Source of the DNA: Bdellovibrionales bacterium
Lineage (GTDB): Bacteria > Bdellovibrionota > Bdellovibrionia > Bdellovibrionales > UBA1609
Direction of reading: 5' to 3'
Length of the DNA: 64,000 nt
Assembly: GCA_965203095.1 (NCBI GenBank)
Contig: OZ241877.1
Span: forward strand, 1,716,580-1,780,579
Every line of letters starts with the position of its first letter. Within the stretch, counting starts at the first letter, position 1. A program made the translations under genes and the position numbers. Shown here in pieces: positions 58,300-64,000 of the stretch. The notes under the pieces are model-generated. The model was not told the DNA's origin. It saw only the letters and a program-made list of their open reading frames with translations, and searched no databases.

Positions 58300-58971
58300 C
58301 TAAAAAACATAACAATCACTACCATTATCATATACAGCGGTGGTTCTTCCTGATTGAAGTTCCTCTAAAGTGTAAAGGCGATCATCAACCTCCTCCTTCT
58401 CCAAATTTATCTCTTTATTTCCTTCTAATCTTACAACTATTAGCCTTCTGGCTTCCGGATGGTAGGGAATGTAGGCCTTCACACTCCAAGTGTTGGAATA
58501 AGGTTCATAATAATGTAGACTTCGCAAAGGAGCCTCTGATAAAAAATTCCCCCTACCATCATAAAGCCTTGCTCTTAAATCCGGAGTGCTTCGATTCGGA
58601 TCTCTTAATTTTGGATCCACAGTAAACTTGTATACCCTTTGCCTTTCCGGAACTTTCTTATGGCAATAGGCTATCCCAGCATAACCAAAGCGGTCCTTTC
58701 GACGATCAGAGATTCTGTCTTTTATAGTTTCATCTTCCTCTAAATAGCCCGTCCTGCGATAATATTCCTCCAGCTCTTCCAGATCCTCTATCCCATGCAA
58801 TTCTTTTAAATACTCTATCATCTCCCTCTCATCTCTCTTATCTCCAGAGTTGTAAGAACCCCAAATCATAATCTCACGAAGGGGACCTGGATCTTCCCTC
58901 TCCCAAGGCATTCTCCAAGCCTCAGCCCTTAAAGAAAAAAACAATAAATAGAAAATAAAAACTAACTTCAT
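58300..58971 (-). CDS. Secreted hypothetical protein, paralog 1
   Basis: The ATG at 58971 aligns with the start of paralog 2; signal peptide. Confidence 0.8.
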   Translation of the reverse strand: MKLVFIFYLLFFSLRAEAWRMPWEREDPGPLREIMIWGSYNSGDKRDEREMIEYLKELHGIEDLEELEEYYRRTGYLEEDETIKDRISDRRKDRFGYAGIAYCHKKVPERQRVYKFTVDPKLRDPNRSTPDLRARLYDGRGNFLSEAPLRSLHYYEPYSNTWSVKAYIPYHPEARRLIVVRLEGNKEINLEKEEVDDRLYTLEELQSGRTTAVYDNGSDCYVF

Positions 58972-59002
58972 AATCAAAAACTACAATTTTTATGGGATTT
59001 TG

Positions 59003-62000
59003 TCAATCCTCAGGCAAAGAGAAGGAAAAAAATTCCTGCCCCTCCGGATCATAAACCACAATCTGTAAATTCCCTGATAAATCCCCCAATCGTGACAAAT
59101 CAAAAATCGCGGAAAGCATGGAAAATCCAAAAGGCTTTGAGCTATAAATCTCCTTTTCTCTATCAGAAAGAAAACCCGCCTCCCCATCCAATATCGGACG
59201 ATAAACTGAATCCAAAACCTCCCCCTCTTTACTTTTCAACTGAAAAAGCAAAAAAGGAACTTTTAACTGTTCTCTCTCCCTCTCACTCCAAGAAGAAGAG
59301 GACCAATCTGTCTTTAAAAACTTTGTCCAAGGAAGTATAAACTCCTTTTTTTCTTTGCTATAATAAACAGAAAACAAAAGCTTTGTTGCAAGAGGATTTT
59401 TCCCAAAAAGAGTCCTCTTAAAGTGATAAAACGAATCATAAAAACGGGAGCTTATCTTTGCCATAGCAGAAAAAGACTTTTGATGGCTTTCCCGATCTAT
59501 CCACAAGATTTCTAAAGGTTCTTTAGGATCAGATTCTTCATCTTCAGACTTATTTTTATTGTCCATAATACTGTTTCTTTTTTTAACAAAACTCCAAATT
59601 AAACTACCATTTCTAAACTCTGTTTTTAAGGCTATAGGGATTGTATGTTTTTTACAAATTTTCAAAGGATGACCAGAAAACCATCGGCACTTCTGCGGTG
59701 GTTTGTTTTGATCTTTATCTTGAGCATAAAAATCCCTTCTTTGGCCTAAAAGATGAGCCAACTCATGGCTTAAAACTCCTTTATCTAACTGATCCTCCCG
59801 AATAAAAGCAATTCCTCCCAGGAAACCCCAACCAAATTCAGCCAAATAACCCCCTGTTGTCTGAATAAAATGAGGCAAGGGGGTCCAACCGTAAACTTCT
59901 TCTTCTCTCGGTCCTTCCCTTTGAATGCCATGATAGACAAAATACTCCCTCGGAACCACAGCAATAAGTTTGCTAAAGCGGGCCTTAGCTCTTTCAAACT
60001 CAAGAACTTGAAGGTCTCTTAATAAACCATGGGTTTGATAACGATGATAAAGCTTTAAATGGGTATAAGTATTTGGAGGATAGCCCGGAAACTTAGCCGA
60101 TTCCTGCTTAAGAGCCAAATGACTAAGAGCTGTTTTGGCTATGTCACAACTTCCCATAATAAAATCTTTTCCCTTTGTAGTTCTCAAAATTTTGGAGCTG
60201 ATTTTTGAAATAGGAAACACTGTGGGAATAAAAAATCTCATCTCATCTGAAGAAGCAAAGGCAATTACTTTATCCATATCCGTCATTTTATAACCATCCT
60301 TGCTATCTCCCCAGTGTGGAATTTCAGCATTGTCTTTGGCTTCTTCCTCACTTAAAATACATCTTTTATTATCCCTTTCCGCTCTTTTAACTCTCAAAAC
60401 CTCCTCAGACCCAATGACTTCTATTACTTCCTCGGCTCCCTCCATTCCTTTAATCCTCGTCCAGCCTATTTTTAATGGCAAAAGCTCCAAAGCATTTATG
60501 CAAAAAACATTGGAAGAAGAAAGCTTCGTCTTAAAATAATCCTCAACATTCCTTTCACAATTCCCTAAACCCTTTTCCCAAGGGACTTTAGATTTTAATA
60601 CAGAATGATTAGGCAAAGTCCGCTCTTTTTTTTCCCTCCGGAAGGGTCTAAAAATAGACATTTGAGGCAAAAGGACTTCTTTTTGCTCCACAATGTTTAT
60701 ACGAACCGGAACATGTGAATTTTCACTATCTATATCCTTCACCACCCGATCACTAAAACCTAACAGAGAAAGAGCAGAATTGTAGGAATAACCAGTATCA
60801 AAAGGATGGATCCGATCGATATATTGGTTCAACTCCACAGCCTCTATAGACTCTGTGGGAAATTCAATAAACTTATGGACAGGGGAACTATCCCCTGGAA
60901 TTTTAGAGAAAATCTCCGGTGGGAAAAAATCATCACTCTTAAAAAAACATTCCTGTTCTGACATCGGCCTTGAAGGTAATTTAAAAGGCTCTCTTGCATC
61001 CAAGGAAAGGCAACGAATGGGAAGCATCTGATCTTTTACCTTTAGTTTAAGTTGAAACGAAAGCCCCCTTTTCCAACAGTTTTTAGGACTACGCAAGCGA
61101 AGGCAAAGCTCTGGCTTTTTGTATTTGATTTGAACTAAAAGACCTGCTGGTTTTCCCCTCAGAAGATCATAGCTTTTAAAAACAGGTTTTTTGTTTTTGT
61201 CCTGGACTTCTTGAACAAATATAGGCTCTAACTGAGGGGCCTCTACTGATTGAAATAAGCTTTGATACACTACCTGCGGACCTCCTCCGCTTAAAGAAAA
61301 CCAAACGGATTTTAAATCCTCTTTTCCCCTCTCTCCCACCGATGTTCCCCACTTAATAGCAGAAGAAAATAAACTTTTAGTATGAGACCAAGTTTTTTCT
61401 AAAAAATCTTGTGCTGGCTCCTCCTTAGTTGTTTTTCCTGTTTGAGATTGGCCCATAGCTTTTTTCCCTGTTTTATCAAAAAAAGCATTATGGGAAGATG
61501 AAAGAAAAGATCTGATCCCCTCATATCCATGAACCAAATTTTTATTTGAAAAATCTTGAAAAAACTGGGATGAAGACCCCATTACAGCTTGGGGGGGAGT
61601 AGAAGTTTTGGCCTTGTTAATAGATTGAGGATTTTTAATAGATTGAGGATTTAATTGAGAGTTTGCTTGGGTTTTTCCCGCTATGGCTTTTGTAGAAGAT
61701 AAGCCTTTTTCTAAAACAGAACTTGCTGGGCTTTTAAGTAAAGGTTCTTTTAGTAAAGGAGTCTTTATGGAAGAAAGCTCCCTTTTACTCAAATCCTTTT
61801 TGTCTTCTTCCAGCAAGCTTTTTCCTTCATCAGGAAAAATTTTTGTAGGAGTAGGAACTAAAGCCGAAGGCTGATAAACTCCGCCCGCAAAATTTCCACC
61901 AGTAGCACTCACAGGATGAGAATCTTCATCATTTAAGTTTTCCTCTGAGTTTTCCTCCTCCTCTGAACCTTCCCTGTTTGCCTTAGCCCTTGCAAGAAGT

Positions 62001-62881
62001 TTCCTTCCTGATTCTATAGTGCTGGCTATCTGACATGTAGAAAAAGCTAATTTTTTAAAACTCCCATCCCCTCTCCCCTCCCTCACCCGCTCACAATCCA
62101 CAAAATCCTCAAACGAAAGAGCCTCACGAAAACCCAACAAAGACTCCCACTTCAAATTTTTATAAAAATCACTCAAAGAATCAAAACTCAATTCTTTATA
62201 AATTTGAGATATTTTGCTCATTTCCCTGTGACATAAAGGGTCTTGCCTAGCCCTACTCAATGCCTCATCTATAGAAACAGATTTTTTTATGGAAAAACAA
62301 GCCCTAAAACTTTGCTGAAAATCCCTAAGCGTATGCTCACAAAACTCTTTACAATGCCGAACTCCCTTTTCGCAAAAATCCCCCTGAAAGTCAGACAAAA
62401 AAGAGTTTAAAGAAGAAATCCCCTCCTGAGAGCAAGCTTGAGATACAACAAGAGTCTTGAGCTTATCATCTAACTCCTCTTTAATCTCTTTTGTAGCATA
62501 AGAGAGGAAACAGTCCGTAGGGTTTTTACAACAAAGGTGATTGTTCTTATAAGCCCATTGGCAGTTAAAATGTATGCTATCTTCATCCTTCTTGTTTAAA
62601 AGCTTGTTGTGCAGCTGGTTTAAACATTCCCTATTGATATGGCAGGGGGGAGAGGGGTTTGTTTGTGTTTTGTGGTGAAGTCTTTTTTCAAAAAAAGGTG
62701 AACTGCCAGGAGGATTTTCTGCCTGAGCATAAAGCTTTTTTTCTAATTTTGGCTTAAGAGTTTTTTGAGTTTTCTCTATCACTTGAAGGCTGGACTTGCT
62801 TAAAGAGGCTTTAGGGATTCTTGCATTTTTAGCAAAAGAGGAAGTGGGCCAAGTGAGAAAAAATATTAGAAAAGGGAACAT
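59003..62881 (-). CDS. Large secreted zinc metalloprotease-like protein (zincin HELAH) with Cys-rich N-terminal domain
   Basis: Signal peptide; Cys-rich block; low-complexity linker; GVLSHELAHLLG and downstream NSIMDN. Confidence 0.72.
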   Translation of the reverse strand: MFPFLIFFLTWPTSSFAKNARIPKASLSKSSLQVIEKTQKTLKPKLEKKLYAQAENPPGSSPFFEKRLHHKTQTNPSPPCHINRECLNQLHNKLLNKKDEDSIHFNCQWAYKNNHLCCKNPTDCFLSYATKEIKEELDDKLKTLVVSQACSQEGISSLNSFLSDFQGDFCEKGVRHCKEFCEHTLRDFQQSFRACFSIKKSVSIDEALSRARQDPLCHREMSKISQIYKELSFDSLSDFYKNLKWESLLGFREALSFEDFVDCERVREGRGDGSFKKLAFSTCQIASTIESGRKLLARAKANREGSEEEENSEENLNDEDSHPVSATGGNFAGGVYQPSALVPTPTKIFPDEGKSLLEEDKKDLSKRELSSIKTPLLKEPLLKSPASSVLEKGLSSTKAIAGKTQANSQLNPQSIKNPQSINKAKTSTPPQAVMGSSSQFFQDFSNKNLVHGYEGIRSFLSSSHNAFFDKTGKKAMGQSQTGKTTKEEPAQDFLEKTWSHTKSLFSSAIKWGTSVGERGKEDLKSVWFSLSGGGPQVVYQSLFQSVEAPQLEPIFVQEVQDKNKKPVFKSYDLLRGKPAGLLVQIKYKKPELCLRLRSPKNCWKRGLSFQLKLKVKDQMLPIRCLSLDAREPFKLPSRPMSEQECFFKSDDFFPPEIFSKIPGDSSPVHKFIEFPTESIEAVELNQYIDRIHPFDTGYSYNSALSLLGFSDRVVKDIDSENSHVPVRINIVEQKEVLLPQMSIFRPFRREKKERTLPNHSVLKSKVPWEKGLGNCERNVEDYFKTKLSSSNVFCINALELLPLKIGWTRIKGMEGAEEVIEVIGSEEVLRVKRAERDNKRCILSEEEAKDNAEIPHWGDSKDGYKMTDMDKVIAFASSDEMRFFIPTVFPISKISSKILRTTKGKDFIMGSCDIAKTALSHLALKQESAKFPGYPPNTYTHLKLYHRYQTHGLLRDLQVLEFERAKARFSKLIAVVPREYFVYHGIQREGPREEEVYGWTPLPHFIQTTGGYLAEFGWGFLGGIAFIREDQLDKGVLSHELAHLLGQRRDFYAQDKDQNKPPQKCRWFSGHPLKICKKHTIPIALKTEFRNGSLIWSFVKKRNSIMDNKNKSEDEESDPKEPLEILWIDRESHQKSFSAMAKISSRFYDSFYHFKRTLFGKNPLATKLLFSVYYSKEKKEFILPWTKFLKTDWSSSSWSEREREQLKVPFLLFQLKSKEGEVLDSVYRPILDGEAGFLSDREKEIYSSKPFGFSMLSAIFDLSRLGDLSGNLQIVVYDPEGQEFFSFSLPED

Positions 62882-62887
62882 ATAGAC

Positions 62888-62915
62888 CTATCGGCAGAAA
62901 AGCAGGAAAACTATA
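62888..62915 (-). promoter_or_regulatory. Sigma28-like promoter TATAGTTT-N12-GCCGATAG, 6 nt before the ATG (leaderless geometry)
   Basis: Same N12 spacing as the promoter at 56290; no SD sequence before the ATG at 62881. Confidence 0.6.
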
Positions 62916-62980
62916 GTGGAAATTCTTTTTTAAAGAATAGTTTTACCTTTTTTTACAAACAGGGCAGGAAGAGAAGTAAT

Positions 62981-63930
62981 TTATGGATTCCCGCTTTCGC
63001 GGGAACGACGGTGGATTCCCGTTTTCGCGGGAGCCAGAAAGTCCGGGGGACTTTCTGGCAAACTCACAGGAATGACTGGTTTTCGCGGGAATGACTGTTT
63101 ATCTGCTTTTGCCCAAAGCCACAGCATGAGGGTCCAAGGTATTGCCGTCCCGAAATGCTGTGGTCTTTGGGCAAAGAAACTAAAGAATAGGCTTTTTAAC
63201 AAGCTTTGTGGGAAGAATAAAGACTTATGGATTCCCGCTTTCGCGGGAGCCAGAAAGTCCGGGGGACTTTCTGGCAAACTCACAGGAATGACTTGGTTCA
63301 CGGGAATGGCGGATGGTGCCTCAAAAGAGACTGGCCTTTGGGCAAAAAAACTAAAAAATCGCCTTTGCAAGAGTAGGGGGGATAAAGCACTGTGTCAAAA
63401 AGCCTTTTGGGCTTTTTCGGCTGGACCCCCGCAAATCTTTGCCAAAAAGCCCCTGTTTTTTAACAACTATGTTTGTCTAAAAACCATCAAGGGTATTGGC
63501 CCCTTGCTATAAGATAGCCCTCTCCTTTTGCTTGGAACTCCAGTTTATGTCGTCTGAATGTCGTCTAAAAAAAAGAGGGGAATGGCTTTTGAGCTGTTTT
63601 TGTCCAAAGGTCGTTTCATGAGGGTCCAAGGTATTGCCGTCCCGAAATGGAACGGCCTTTGGACAAAAAGTTAAGGAATAAGGCTTTTCAATAAGTTTTT
63701 GCGGAAAAGATTGAGATCTCTGGATTCCTGTTTTCGCAGGAGCCTAAAAGCCCAGCGGGCTTTTAGGCAAAGAAAACAAACCAAATGCTGTCAGCGAAAT
63801 AGCGAACACATACAGGAATGACTGTTTATATGCTTTTGCCTAAAGCCACAGCATGAGGAGCCAAGGTATTTTTCCCGCAAACAAGATGGACTTTTGCTTT
63901 TGCAATCTATATAAATGCAGACTTTTTTGT
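62981..63930. repeat. Composite non-coding repeat cluster (REP-like hairpins, type B elements at 63108-63175 and 63599-63667, hybrid at 63835-63903)
   Basis: Internal direct duplication (63012-63076 versus 63228-63292). Modules are shared with the 3830, 36690-36840, 42060-42290 and 57370-57420 regions. Confidence 0.85.
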
Positions 63931-64000
63931 CTTAAAGCCTAAAAAATTGAGATGAATCGGCTTAAAAGCATAAAAAATAATGAGATTTTAGCCTCCATTG

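Noticed and set aside
62981..63512. ORFs 62981..63370 and 63072..63512 (and 3770..3964, 3786..3992) sharing WIPAF.GARK.GGL
   Set aside because: The similarity comes from the palindromic DNA repeat read in either direction; no RBS or protein motif.

Overview
Low-GC bacterial chromosome window. The 16S rRNA (short helix-17/V3 region), a bacterial topoisomerase VI pair and many secreted or lipoprotein hypotheticals suggest a Bdellovibrionota (Bdellovibrionales-like) organism; this is an inference, not a database result. 1-11.1 kb is an anti-phage defence island: a short E2-type CBASS (patatin effector with an IS630 inserted in its last codons, CD-NTase, E2+SEC-C), an orphan AbiEi, a KilA-N relic, a TIR protein, an AlbA_2/HATPase/wHTH gene followed by a 23-bp tandem array, and a SIR2-STAND (Avs-like) gene. 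11.7-16.1 kb is an apparently exact 2197-bp tandem duplication (ribH twice plus an in-frame ProS-methyltransferase chimera). 20.9-23.0 kb holds a 16S gene with no linked 23S, followed by three tandem tRNA-Ile copies (two degenerate); the 16S carries substitutions at conserved positions (C526U, A794G, G1338A, E. coli numbering by manual alignment). The rest encodes HNH-top6B-top6A, tRNA-Thr and tRNA-Tyr, ldcA, fadI-fadJ, dapA, two large secreted zinc metalloproteases, an inverse autotransporter and many hypotheticals. Intergenic DNA carries a dispersed covarying hairpin family with a conserved loop, REP-like repeats, two sigma28-like promoters and several apparently leaderless promoters.
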